From IMG/VR virus record IMGVR_UViG_3300027708_000019: 64,000 bases of DNA. One strand, written 5' to 3'. Below the pieces are notes generated by a model that did not search any database, had not been told where the DNA came from, and worked only from the letters and a program-made list of their open reading frames with translations. The translations under genes were made by a program, and so were the position numbers. Below are positions 55,580-64,000 of this stretch, piece after piece (positions within the stretch are counted from its first letter, which is position 1; every line of letters begins with the position of its first letter). This DNA comes from a virus.

Positions 55580-56050
55580 TTAATGTACTGTCTTATTTGG
55601 TGGTGTCCAAATGTGAGCATCAGAAACTGAAGTCTCTTCTTCAATTTCTTCCATTTTGTTTATAAGATTTTCGACACGTGTTTGTATGTCTTGTTTAAAT
55701 TCATCTTGTTGATTCTCTTCTGGCGCAACCAATTCTTCTAAGTTATATGCCTTGAGCGCATCAACTTCTTCGTGTCTATTCAACATCTCAATATAATATG
55801 GAACAGCATGCTCAGACATTGGTTTGATGTATGTTAATTCGTGTTTCCAAAATGTAAAATGTTTGTCATCGCTGAATGGACAAAATATAGTTGTTGAGTG
55901 GATTTCGCGGAGAATATTTTTTGCTATCGGAACATGTTGTGTTCTGATTGAAAGTGGGAACAATACATTGATTGTATCATCTGTTTCTGATTCTACTATG
56001 CACAGGAAACTTTCTCCTGTGTTCATACGGATAACTCTAAAATCTGTCAT
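55580..56050 (-). CDS. Sm-like fold hypothetical protein (uvsW-downstream)
   Basis: VIRMNTGESFLC; conserved position. Confidence 0.55.
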   Translation of the reverse strand: MTDFRVIRMNTGESFLCIVESETDDTINVLFPLSIRTQHVPIAKNILREIHSTTIFCPFSDDKHFTFWKHELTYIKPMSEHAVPYYIEMLNRHEEVDALKAYNLEELVAPEENQQDEFKQDIQTRVENLINKMEEIEEETSVSDAHIWTPPNKTVH

Positions 56051-57534
56051 AGGTCAATCTCTACAATCTTAGCTGAAAATTGTTCTTCTGAGTACAGTTT
56101 AACTCTCTCCAAAAAATGATTTAATGTATGATTCTTCCAAGATTTATATGTTAAGTCATCAGCAATGTCATATAGATTACAATGTGTTTTGCCTTCATTA
56201 AGTCTTAGACCACGACCAATTGATTGTAGGTTACGTATCTTAGACTTACTTGGGCTTGCAAAAATAACATTCTCAATTGATGGCATGTTAATACCAGTAG
56301 AGAATGTACCATATGAAGCAAACACTAACATATTACTATTCTTAGTAGCTTTATATCTAATTGCCTCACGTTCTGTTACTTTTACATCACCATGAACAAT
56401 GTGTACTTCTAAATCTTCAGAATCTTTACACATATCATAAAGCACTATACCATGTTTGTCCACATACTGAAATAAGACAAGTGTATTTCCTTTTAGGGAT
56501 TTGGCAAGATTTACTATGAAACGATTACGTTTGGAGTTGCTGACTAAAAAGTCCATCTCTTCTTGGTATAAATTATTCTTGCGCTTCTTTCTGGTGTCCT
56601 CATCATATTTCAGCAGTAGACATTTAATATTTAGTTCAGCGACTCTTCCTGACTTCATCAGTTCTTTTGTAGTTGTTACTTTAAACACTGGTCCAAACAT
56701 ACCTTCAAGCACTAGGCGATGTACTTGTTTACCATCAAGTGTTCCTGTGGTACCGATGCGATATGGGATATTTGTCATCTTTTCCATAACAGTTCCCAAT
56801 GATTTTGCTTTAAATTGATGCGCTTCGTCACCGAATACTACATTGAATTGTTCAAACCAAGCACGTGGTTGTTTATAAATTGATTGCCATGTTGTAATCA
56901 ATACATCAGACGTAATGTCTTTAGTGAAACCACTGTATAATTTCTGACAGTATCTATCAACTGGCCACTGGTTAACATATGAGTAGTCTTCAAAATCTTT
57001 ATACATTTGTTCAACAAGTGATGTTGTTGGTACGATAAGAATACATTTCTTACCAGTACCTACGTAATGTCTCATCAGCGTATAGATTATTAGGGATTTA
57101 CCTGATGCGGTAGGAGAGAGCAACATAGCACGATGTTCATTCATGCATTTTTGTATTGCGTCTAATTGATAGTCACGAATCTCGATTGATTCGCCACGTG
57201 CTGTTAGTTCTAAACTATCAGCAAACTCTTCAACATTTTCATATGTAAAATTGCCTACTGGTAGTTTTTTGTATGTATCATTTTTAGCATCAAGGAATTG
57301 ATAACCATTGCGATTAGCAAATTCTCTAACATAACTATACAATCCTGCGTATAATGTTTTACGATGGATATCATATAATCTTATCTTCCCATCCCATAAA
57401 CGTGCTTTATATGCTGGCATAAACTTAGCACCTGGAACTTCGAATGTAAAAAAGTTTGCCAGTTCTTGTTCTATTCCTGCATCTGAAAACACACGGATAT
57501 ATACATCATCAACTTGTTCTACGTATATCTTCAT
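56047..57534 (-). CDS. uvsW: SF2 DNA helicase
   Basis: SPTASGKS, DEAH, QSIGRGLR. Confidence 0.95.
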   Translation of the reverse strand: MKIYVEQVDDVYIRVFSDAGIEQELANFFTFEVPGAKFMPAYKARLWDGKIRLYDIHRKTLYAGLYSYVREFANRNGYQFLDAKNDTYKKLPVGNFTYENVEEFADSLELTARGESIEIRDYQLDAIQKCMNEHRAMLLSPTASGKSLIIYTLMRHYVGTGKKCILIVPTTSLVEQMYKDFEDYSYVNQWPVDRYCQKLYSGFTKDITSDVLITTWQSIYKQPRAWFEQFNVVFGDEAHQFKAKSLGTVMEKMTNIPYRIGTTGTLDGKQVHRLVLEGMFGPVFKVTTTKELMKSGRVAELNIKCLLLKYDEDTRKKRKNNLYQEEMDFLVSNSKRNRFIVNLAKSLKGNTLVLFQYVDKHGIVLYDMCKDSEDLEVHIVHGDVKVTEREAIRYKATKNSNMLVFASYGTFSTGINMPSIENVIFASPSKSKIRNLQSIGRGLRLNEGKTHCNLYDIADDLTYKSWKNHTLNHFLERVKLYSEEQFSAKIVEIDL

Positions 57535-57971
57535 TACATTCCAACTAAAAATTCTTTCCATTGAATGCTATTTCTAATTTGCCAATCACGTTGTTTGATT
57601 GCATTTAGAACTGACTCAAGAAACATAACAACAGTATTCAAGTATTCAACTTTCTGTTGCATTTGAACAAGGTCGGTGTCGCCTTCTAAAAATTCTTCCA
57701 TCTCATTCTTTAATGGTTTTAGTCCTTGCCATTGTAACCAACCAAGATCTTCTAACTCTTGACGACTCAACTCACCACGATAGTAGCGAAACTTATTCTT
57801 GCGAAGAATATTATAGTCGCCTTTGAGTTTACTCAATTTTAGTTTATAAGTTACAAGATACTGAATATACTCTGCGTGAAGATTTGGTGTATATGTTGAT
57901 GCTTCACCAAGATGATCATCATCAATCGAACAGTCATCTTCCCATTTCTTCATCAATTGCTCAAGATTCAT
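57534..57971 (-). CDS. uvsY: Recombination mediator
   Basis: W..D..ID, P.LH..Y, R.WQIRNSI.W. Confidence 0.9.
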   Translation of the reverse strand: MNLEQLMKKWEDDCSIDDDHLGEASTYTPNLHAEYIQYLVTYKLKLSKLKGDYNILRKNKFRYYRGELSRQELEDLGWLQWQGLKPLKNEMEEFLEGDTDLVQMQQKVEYLNTVVMFLESVLNAIKQRDWQIRNSIQWKEFLVGM

Positions 57972-57988
57972 AACAACTCCAATTTTAA

Positions 57989-58588
57989 TTATGCAAATTC
58001 GTAATACGTATACTTAAATGTAGCATTTCCAATCAAATATGTAACATCAGTATCAACACCTGTGAATGTCAATGTGTCTAGCGATGTCGGAAATACGTTC
58101 CTGAAGTTTAATAGTATATTCTCACTGTTATTATTTGTCAAAATAAAAAGCGAAGCATCTGAATAGTTCTTCGATAAATCATTTCGATCTGTTATGCCAC
58201 TGACTGTGTCTTGTGTAACACCTGTTGGGAATGCTGATGTTGGAAAAGATTGATCAATCTTTTGAAAGTTTACATATTGTTGATAATTTTGTGGAAATCC
58301 AAGACCATACATCCATCCTTGAATTGCTTTAAAATTTTCCATGTTTTTATCAATCAAAAACTGTACTTGTAAATCAGAAAAGGTAAGGGTGTCGCCAGGA
58401 AGTGGAATTGCTGAGAATGGTGTTCCGAACGATGGTTCACCAAGCACGATGCCTGGAAGATTTACTGTTTGGCAGTAAAATTGTAATTTTGGTAGTTTTT
58501 GAATACCGAATCGAAAACCAGTGGGCGACAGTGGATTGATGTTGTCTGGTATTTTGGTTTTCCATTCTGCTGCTACTTGGATAGTCAT
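57989..58588 (-). CDS. gp3: Tail completion / tube terminator protein
   Basis: N.LSPTGF.F, VNLPG, PGD, F..VFPTSL; position after gp23. Confidence 0.8.
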   Translation of the reverse strand: MTIQVAAEWKTKIPDNINPLSPTGFRFGIQKLPKLQFYCQTVNLPGIVLGEPSFGTPFSAIPLPGDTLTFSDLQVQFLIDKNMENFKAIQGWMYGLGFPQNYQQYVNFQKIDQSFPTSAFPTGVTQDTVSGITDRNDLSKNYSDASLFILTNNNSENILLNFRNVFPTSLDTLTFTGVDTDVTYLIGNATFKYTYYEFA

Positions 58589-58613
58589 TTATGTATCTCC
58601 TGAGATAATCCAC

Positions 58614-58621
58614 TATTTATA
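58614..58621 (-). promoter_or_regulatory. T4 late promoter
   Basis: TATAAATA upstream of gp3. Confidence 0.75.
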
Positions 58622-58625
58622 TGTG

Positions 58626-58653
58626 AAAAAAAAGGGCACCGAAGTGCCCTTTT
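58626..58653 (-). terminator. Rho-independent terminator after gp23
   Basis: GGGCAC-UUCG-GUGCCC-U8. Confidence 0.9.
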
Positions 58654-58682
58654 AAGTACTGATCTTACGTCAGCTTCATCAA

Positions 58683-60038
58683 TTATAGTACGTTCTGTAC
58701 ACGTACACGGCGATAGTATACGTTGTTGTTAGAACCAATTGAAGATGCTAATGTAGTACCTGTTGCGAATGGGTTAGCAGCCATACCGTAACGTGTCTTG
58801 AAACCAATTTTAGGTTGGAAGGTGTTAGGGTCAACAGCACGAACCATTTGTAGAGGTACGTATGGGCAGTAGAATACACCAGCGTCAAACGCTGAAGCAC
58901 CTTTGTAACCAACTACATAGAATTGGTCGTTTGCGCCACCATTAGATGCATATGGATCGATATAAACTTTATAACGACCATTCAATACGCCAGCGAAAGT
59001 ATTACCTGTGTCATCAACAGTTAGGTTAGTTGATAGAGCAGGAGCGTAGTCAAGAACACCAGCCATTGCTAATGCAGATGCAACATCTGAAGAGCAAAGG
59101 ATGAAGTTACCTTTTCCACGACGTGTTTCTTGAGCGATTACGTTAGCATCACGTTCGATTTGGAACAATAGACCTTTGAATTTCTCAACAGACCAACGAC
59201 CATTAGAGTCAGTATCCAAGTCAAAAATACCAGCTGTTGTAACTGTACCACTGTTAGCACCAGACTTAGCTGTGTAATAGATTGTACGGATAACTTCACG
59301 ATTGATTTCGGCAAGAATTTCTGTTGAAAGAATATTGCTTAGTTCGCTTTCAGCGTCAAGACCATGAACTGATTTCAAGTCTTGTGCTAATTCGATTGAG
59401 TATTCAGCCTTTAGAGCACGTGACTTAGCAGTAACGCTTGTCTTCTCGATTGAGAATGCCATTTGGTTGAATGTTGTAGAACCAGGACCTGGATCAGAAG
59501 CAGGTGAAGCACCTGTTTGTGAAGATGTATAACCACCTTCAGCCTGAGCTGTAGTCATACCACCTGGAGCATTAACTGAACTAAACCAGTTAGAACCAGA
59601 GATAGTTGATTCGTTAGTGTTAGCACCTAAGTCACCACCAGAGAACTCAGCGTCAGCTTCGTTGTATAGTGCCTCAGTACCACCTTGTGTTGAATAACGT
59701 GACTTCATCGCGAAGATTAAGCCAGTTGGACCAGTCATCGGTTGAACACCGCAAATGTCATAAGCGATCATTTGTGGAGCAGCACGACGTACTAGGTTGA
59801 TAAGAATTGGGTCATACTTAGCAACACCACCAGTGTCTGGGTTTGTTGATGAGCCGTTGTAGTTAGACATTGTTGGAGCTGTCTCAAACAATGCGCTACG
59901 CTCTTCGCGTAATGCCTTTTCTTGGTTTTCTAAAAGAACTGCAGTAACTTCTTTACGGTACTGGTCTTTGATTTCTGGCGCAGATTCGTGTTCTAGAATC
60001 GGTGCCCATTTTTTTACGAGATCTTCTCTTAACATCAT
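58683..60038 (-). CDS. gp23: Major capsid protein
   Basis: KWAPILEH, GVQPMTGPTG, ELAQDLK.VHGLDAE, FQPKIGFKTRYG. Confidence 0.98.
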   Translation of the reverse strand: MMLREDLVKKWAPILEHESAPEIKDQYRKEVTAVLLENQEKALREERSALFETAPTMSNYNGSSTNPDTGGVAKYDPILINLVRRAAPQMIAYDICGVQPMTGPTGLIFAMKSRYSTQGGTEALYNEADAEFSGGDLGANTNESTISGSNWFSSVNAPGGMTTAQAEGGYTSSQTGASPASDPGPGSTTFNQMAFSIEKTSVTAKSRALKAEYSIELAQDLKSVHGLDAESELSNILSTEILAEINREVIRTIYYTAKSGANSGTVTTAGIFDLDTDSNGRWSVEKFKGLLFQIERDANVIAQETRRGKGNFILCSSDVASALAMAGVLDYAPALSTNLTVDDTGNTFAGVLNGRYKVYIDPYASNGGANDQFYVVGYKGASAFDAGVFYCPYVPLQMVRAVDPNTFQPKIGFKTRYGMAANPFATGTTLASSIGSNNNVYYRRVRVQNVL

Positions 60039-60066
60039 TGTAGTTTCTCCTGAAAGGGTTTTGGTT

Positions 60067-61140
60067 TTATCTTAGTTTCTTAATTGCTGAAGCATAATGA
60101 GCCACTGATTCATTAATCATCTGCTCATCAGTTGACACTTGAGTATCAACATCTTTAGCCACAGGGGATGACTTCTTGAAATATGATTCACGAATCAACT
60201 GTAGTTTACCTTGTAGGGTATCAGCATCTTCGCTAACAATTTCAGCTGCCAAACCTTTGAATTTCTCTGCTTCTGTGTCAGTTAAACCTTCACATAAGCC
60301 AGAAACGATTTCTGCTCGCTTCATTTCTGCAATTTGCTTGCTCATTTCAATATTTGCATTTACGGAATCATTCAATTTGCTGCCTAATTCACTGACTTGT
60401 TCTTCAAGTGATCCTAGAACATCATACTTCTCTGCTGGGACATCGACGTAGTGCTCTTCGAATACTCTCTTGATACCATCAATGAAAGATTCTGCAAGTT
60501 CAGCTTTAATTCCGCTTTCGAGGGCAAGTTCATTCTGTTTCATCCACTGCTCGGTAATATAACCGAGATATCCATCAACCTTTTCAACGAGTTCCTCTTT
60601 AATTTTCACAAACTCTTCTACGAGTTGTGCATCATACTGCTCTTGGATTTTAACAAGTTCAGTTTTGATTCTTGACGTAACAGCTGCTTCAAAAATAGTA
60701 GCTGCTTTTTCTTTAAATTCTTCTGATAGGTCTTCACCATCAACCAATGCTGCAACATCTTCAGCCATGCCATGAGAAACACCACCTGGAGTGATATCAA
60801 TTTTAGCACCTGCTGCTTTGTATTGACCAGCAACTGGATCTTTTACACTTGGTTGTGGCTCAGAGCCAGCACCACCTTGACCAGATCTAGATGTATCTTT
60901 AGATGTTCCTGGAGCTGGAGGTGCAAAGTTGTTGTTACGATCATTGTCGTCATTATCACCATCAACATTAGCATCAGAAGATACCTGTTTGTTTGATTTT
61001 TCTTTGATTGTTGCTTTAGCAGATGTGTTGTTAGAACCTTCTGATGCTTCACCATCTGGATCTTGACCATTAATGGCTTTTAATTCCTGAAGTTTTTGCG
61101 ATTCAGCTAACAATTCTGCGATTTTTCTTTCAATTGACAT
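60067..61140 (-). CDS. gp22: Prohead core scaffolding protein
   Basis: LSEEFKEKAATIFEAAV, VDGYL..I.EQW; late promoter TATAAATA at 61192-61199. Confidence 0.9.
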   Translation of the reverse strand: MSIERKIAELLAESQKLQELKAINGQDPDGEASEGSNNTSAKATIKEKSNKQVSSDANVDGDNDDNDRNNNFAPPAPGTSKDTSRSGQGGAGSEPQPSVKDPVAGQYKAAGAKIDITPGGVSHGMAEDVAALVDGEDLSEEFKEKAATIFEAAVTSRIKTELVKIQEQYDAQLVEEFVKIKEELVEKVDGYLGYITEQWMKQNELALESGIKAELAESFIDGIKRVFEEHYVDVPAEKYDVLGSLEEQVSELGSKLNDSVNANIEMSKQIAEMKRAEIVSGLCEGLTDTEAEKFKGLAAEIVSEDADTLQGKLQLIRESYFKKSSPVAKDVDTQVSTDEQMINESVAHYASAIKKLR

Positions 61141-61203
61141 TCTAGTCTCCTGTTTTTAAGTAGGTTATGTCCGATTAGTTTCGATAAAGTCTATTTATAA
61201 TTT

Positions 61204-61854
61204 TCAAAGTTTAGATAAAAACTTCTGAAATTCAATAATAGATTGTTCTTTAAGTCTTCTAGAAGGAGTGTTTCGGATAGTTCTTTTTGCTTCTTCTATG
61301 TTTCTTTGCACATATTTTCCATCAACATATACCCACTCTACGTTTTCCATAATGCCACGAACGAAGGCATCTGGAGCACTTGGGTCGGCGACGATATCAG
61401 CTGCAGTTGATAACATAAAGTCATCCTGAACAATCTGAACACCTTCGTTGTTTGCTTTTAGAGATCCAAGCGCACGGCTTGAAACACCAAGATTTGCGCC
61501 ACCATCAAGTAATCCTCTTGCGATCATACCCATTGGTGTCTCTAAAATTTTGGCTCTACCAATCCAGTTTGTTCCTTCTTTCTTTAAAGAAGTAATCATG
61601 TGTGAAACACGATCTAGATTGATTGTTGGTGTATCAGGATGTCCCAATTCACCATAAGCACGATTCTTTTCAACATACTCTTTGATGTAACGATTAACTT
61701 CATTATCCATTGTTTTCTCTGGATACATACGACCATTACGATTCTTGAGTTCTGATTGAAGGTACACACCTTCAATGTAATATTGTTTACCCTTACCTAG
61801 TTTTTCTTCAACTATGTAACTTGTTTGTTCGAAAACTTCTCTAATTAGTTTCAT
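61204..61854 (-). CDS. gp21: Prohead protease
   Basis: KNRNGR.Y, GELGHP, GVSSRALGS, DIVADPSAPDA. Confidence 0.95.
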   Translation of the reverse strand: MKLIREVFEQTSYIVEEKLGKGKQYYIEGVYLQSELKNRNGRMYPEKTMDNEVNRYIKEYVEKNRAYGELGHPDTPTINLDRVSHMITSLKKEGTNWIGRAKILETPMGMIARGLLDGGANLGVSSRALGSLKANNEGVQIVQDDFMLSTAADIVADPSAPDAFVRGIMENVEWVYVDGKYVQRNIEEAKRTIRNTPSRRLKEQSIIEFQKFLSKL

Positions 61855-61856
61855 GA

Positions 61857-62285
61857 TTAACTTCCTACAGCAGCTGGGTTATCACCACCACCAAATTGAG
61901 CAGTCTCAATTTTAGGTGAGTATCCAGTTTGTTTACGTAGTTTGAGAATTAGAGTTGCTTCAGCACCAGAAACAGTAACTACGATATCAGAAGTGTTGTT
62001 TTGCGTTTGCGCAAACCCTTGTCCTTGAAAATCAAACGTACCACTGTTTTCTGGTGCGAATGTCATTTGGTTAACAGAGTTACGAGTAACAGTAATTGCT
62101 GATGTTAGTAAACCAGAAACCATATAACCAGTAATATCAACAGTTGGTGTACCACCAGAAGTAAGTGACTGCGAGGAAGCAAGCAAGTCTGTGTTTAGAC
62201 TGATGGTCGCTGAAGCAGCAGTACCACTAACTTGGACAATAGTCTCTAAGTTAGTATTTCTTAAAATTGTTTTTGTAACAGCCAT
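61857..62285 (-). CDS. Hypothetical virion protein in head module
   Basis: Beta-rich ORF between gp20 and gp21. Confidence 0.55.
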   Translation of the reverse strand: MAVTKTILRNTNLETIVQVSGTAASATISLNTDLLASSQSLTSGGTPTVDITGYMVSGLLTSAITVTRNSVNQMTFAPENSGTFDFQGQGFAQTQNNTSDIVVTVSGAEATLILKLRKQTGYSPKIETAQFGGGDNPAAVGS

Positions 62286-62288
62286 TTG

Positions 62289-62855
62289 TTATCCTTGTAA
62301 TTGTCTGACTACTGACACAAAATTATCTCTACTTTCTGTCATATAATCAATAATCTCTTGTTTATCATTACAATTATTTAGCAATTCACTGATCTTTTGC
62401 ATCGTTTGTTCACCGATAGCAACTTGTTTACCATCATTTAATTTAAAATCTAATTTTGTATCAAAAATATTGGCAGTTTTATAAGAATTTCTCATCTCCA
62501 ACAAAACTGGATCAATAGTAAAAACCTTAGAGGAAGCAAGAGTCATGTAGTTTTCAATAAGTTTGGTCGTAATTTTAGTATCTTCGTTATATTTTTTGAT
62601 AGTCGATGCAATCTTAGTTTCTGATATGTCTTCGTATAGTCTTATCTTCGTCTTGCTTGCTGTCTCTTGTAAATCAATATAATCTCTTACTTCCTCTAAA
62701 CTTTCTAACCTTACCTCTAACTGAATACCATCAACAAAATATTCACCTTTATCATTTTCCACAATTTTGTGGTTGTAATGTGAAGCAACGGAAACTACGT
62801 TGCCGTAGTTCCCTTGTGAACTGTATAGTTTGCTAACAAACTCATTCAGTTTCAT
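62289..62855 (-). CDS. Hypothetical prohead-core-region protein
   Basis: Position in the gp67/gp68 slot. Confidence 0.5.
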   Translation of the reverse strand: MKLNEFVSKLYSSQGNYGNVVSVASHYNHKIVENDKGEYFVDGIQLEVRLESLEEVRDYIDLQETASKTKIRLYEDISETKIASTIKKYNEDTKITTKLIENYMTLASSKVFTIDPVLLEMRNSYKTANIFDTKLDFKLNDGKQVAIGEQTMQKISELLNNCNDKQEIIDYMTESRDNFVSVVRQLQG

Positions 62856-63057
62856 CTGCCTGTTCCTCTGTTGCTAATTCTTCTACTTCAAGATCTTCTT
62901 CTGCAACAGGATTAAAATATGTGTTAGCAACTTCTTGACGATATGTATCAATTCTATCTGCTACTCTAGTAACCATCAAATCATTGAATGTTGCCTCAGA
63001 TCCTACTGGGTTTTCATCAATAATTGTATCAATCAGTTCGCGAATTTTGTCATCCAT
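62842..63057 (-). CDS. Prohead core protein gp67-like
   Basis: Small acidic ORF directly after portal. Confidence 0.6.
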   Translation of the reverse strand: MDDKIRELIDTIIDENPVGSEATFNDLMVTRVADRIDTYRQEVANTYFNPVAEEDLEVEELATEEQADETE

Positions 63058-63059
63058 AA

Positions 63060-64000
63060 TTACTCTCCTTGTTGTTGGGCAGTTGGTGCTTCCTGTGCTT
63101 CAGGTGGAGCATTTTGCTGCAAATAATTTTGTTGGGCTGTTTGTGTAACACCAGCAACCATACCTTGATGGTCAGCTGCCACAACATCCAAATCTTTCTC
63201 AGTTTCAATCTGAGTCTGAATTTCTTTAATATCCTGATCAGTCAAGCGTAGGATCTTAGATTGGATATACTCTCTTGAGTAATATTTACCAACGAAAGGA
63301 TCCATTTGTTGCACCATTGCAACACGACCATTCACGATTTCATTTTCTTTTAGTTCTGAATAGTAATTATCTCTTACATAATCAAAACGAATATTCTTTT
63401 TAATTTCATCCCACTCATCTTCACGAATGATTCCTTTAAGAATCAACTGAACACGAATTACCTCTAAAAACAACATAGAGAAACGTGCACGAAGTCTATC
63501 AATAAACTTTGAAAACTTCACCTCATCACGAGATATTTCTGAAGATTTACCAAGATTGAAGCCATTTGATTCTTGGCTTTGTCTTGACATTGGGACGTTC
63601 AATGACATAAGCAATTTTGTCTTGAAGTAAGTGACGTCATCCATCTGTCCTAGATTCTGACCACCCTGCAATGTTGTAATTTCTGTACCCTTGCCACCTT
63701 CGCGACGAGGCATCCAAAAATCTTCAAGCATTGACATATGCTTACGGTCATCTCTAATCTCACCAGTTGTTGCATCATAAACAAGTTTATTACGATACTT
63801 GTTCATAATATCACGGATATATTGTTCCGCTTTAATCTTTGGTAAGTTACCCACGTCAATATAGAAAATACGACGTTCAGGCGCACGACTTACTCGATAG
63901 ATAACGATTGAATCCTCAAGCATTTTTAACATGTTAACTGGCTTAATTGCCTTGTGTAAATAACTTAGAACCAAGTTCTTAGTTGTATCAACAAGACCAG
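63060..64000 (-). CDS. gp20: Portal protein (5' part outside window)
   Basis: SYLHKAIKP.N.L, RAPERRIFYIDVGNLP, EDFW.PRREGG.GTEI; frame open to window end. Confidence 0.97.
   Translation of the reverse strand, partial: GLVDTTKNLVLSYLHKAIKPVNMLKMLEDSIVIYRVSRAPERRIFYIDVGNLPKIKAEQYIRDIMNKYRNKLVYDATTGEIRDDRKHMSMLEDFWMPRREGGKGTEITTLQGGQNLGQMDDVTYFKTKLLMSLNVPMSRQSQESNGFNLGKSSEISRDEVKFSKFIDRLRARFSMLFLEVIRVQLILKGIIREDEWDEIKKNIRFDYVRDNYYSELKENEIVNGRVAMVQQMDPFVGKYYSREYIQSKILRLTDQDIKEIQTQIETEKDLDVVAADHQGMVAGVTQTAQQNYLQQNAPPEAQEAPTAQQQGE

Noticed and set aside
222-63251. Numerous plus-strand and alternative-frame ORFs in the track
   Set aside because: Antisense or frame shadows of well-supported minus-strand genes; no recognisable motifs

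Overview
A 64-kb segment of a T4-like myovirus genome (Tevenvirinae/Kyanoviridae-like core), almost all coded on the minus strand. In transcription order (right to left): head module (portal gp20 partial, gp67-like, gp21, gp22, gp23); gp3, uvsY, uvsW, gp55, gp47, gp46; a ~17-kb early/accessory island of small genes behind near-consensus sigma70 promoters (MoxR/CobS AAA + vWA-peptidase pair, other AAA ATPases, HNH proteins, 2OG-Fe(II) oxygenases); gp45-44-62-regA; a stress/metabolic block (a pqqA peptide missed by the ORF track, structured RNAs, hsp20 with a ROSE-like thermometer); dexA, gp43, uvsX, gp41; a putative DNA-hypermodification block (TET/JBP dioxygenase + glycosyltransferase, both with clamp-binding-like C-termini, next to a PD-(D/E)xK-like nuclease); then late genes with capsid-targeting-like N-termini (ligase-like and HxGH nucleotidyltransferases, polyproteins), tail-fibre-like genes, Dps and spanins. 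Highlights: phage-encoded PqqA, a possibly replisome-coupled TET+GT system, nine palindrome-promoter cassettes, several intergenic H-type pseudoknots and a possibly capsid-packaged nucleotidyltransferase set. The host is probably a betaproteobacterium (inference). I saw no tRNA, CRISPR array or reverse transcriptase. All calls come from reading motifs by eye; no database searches were run.
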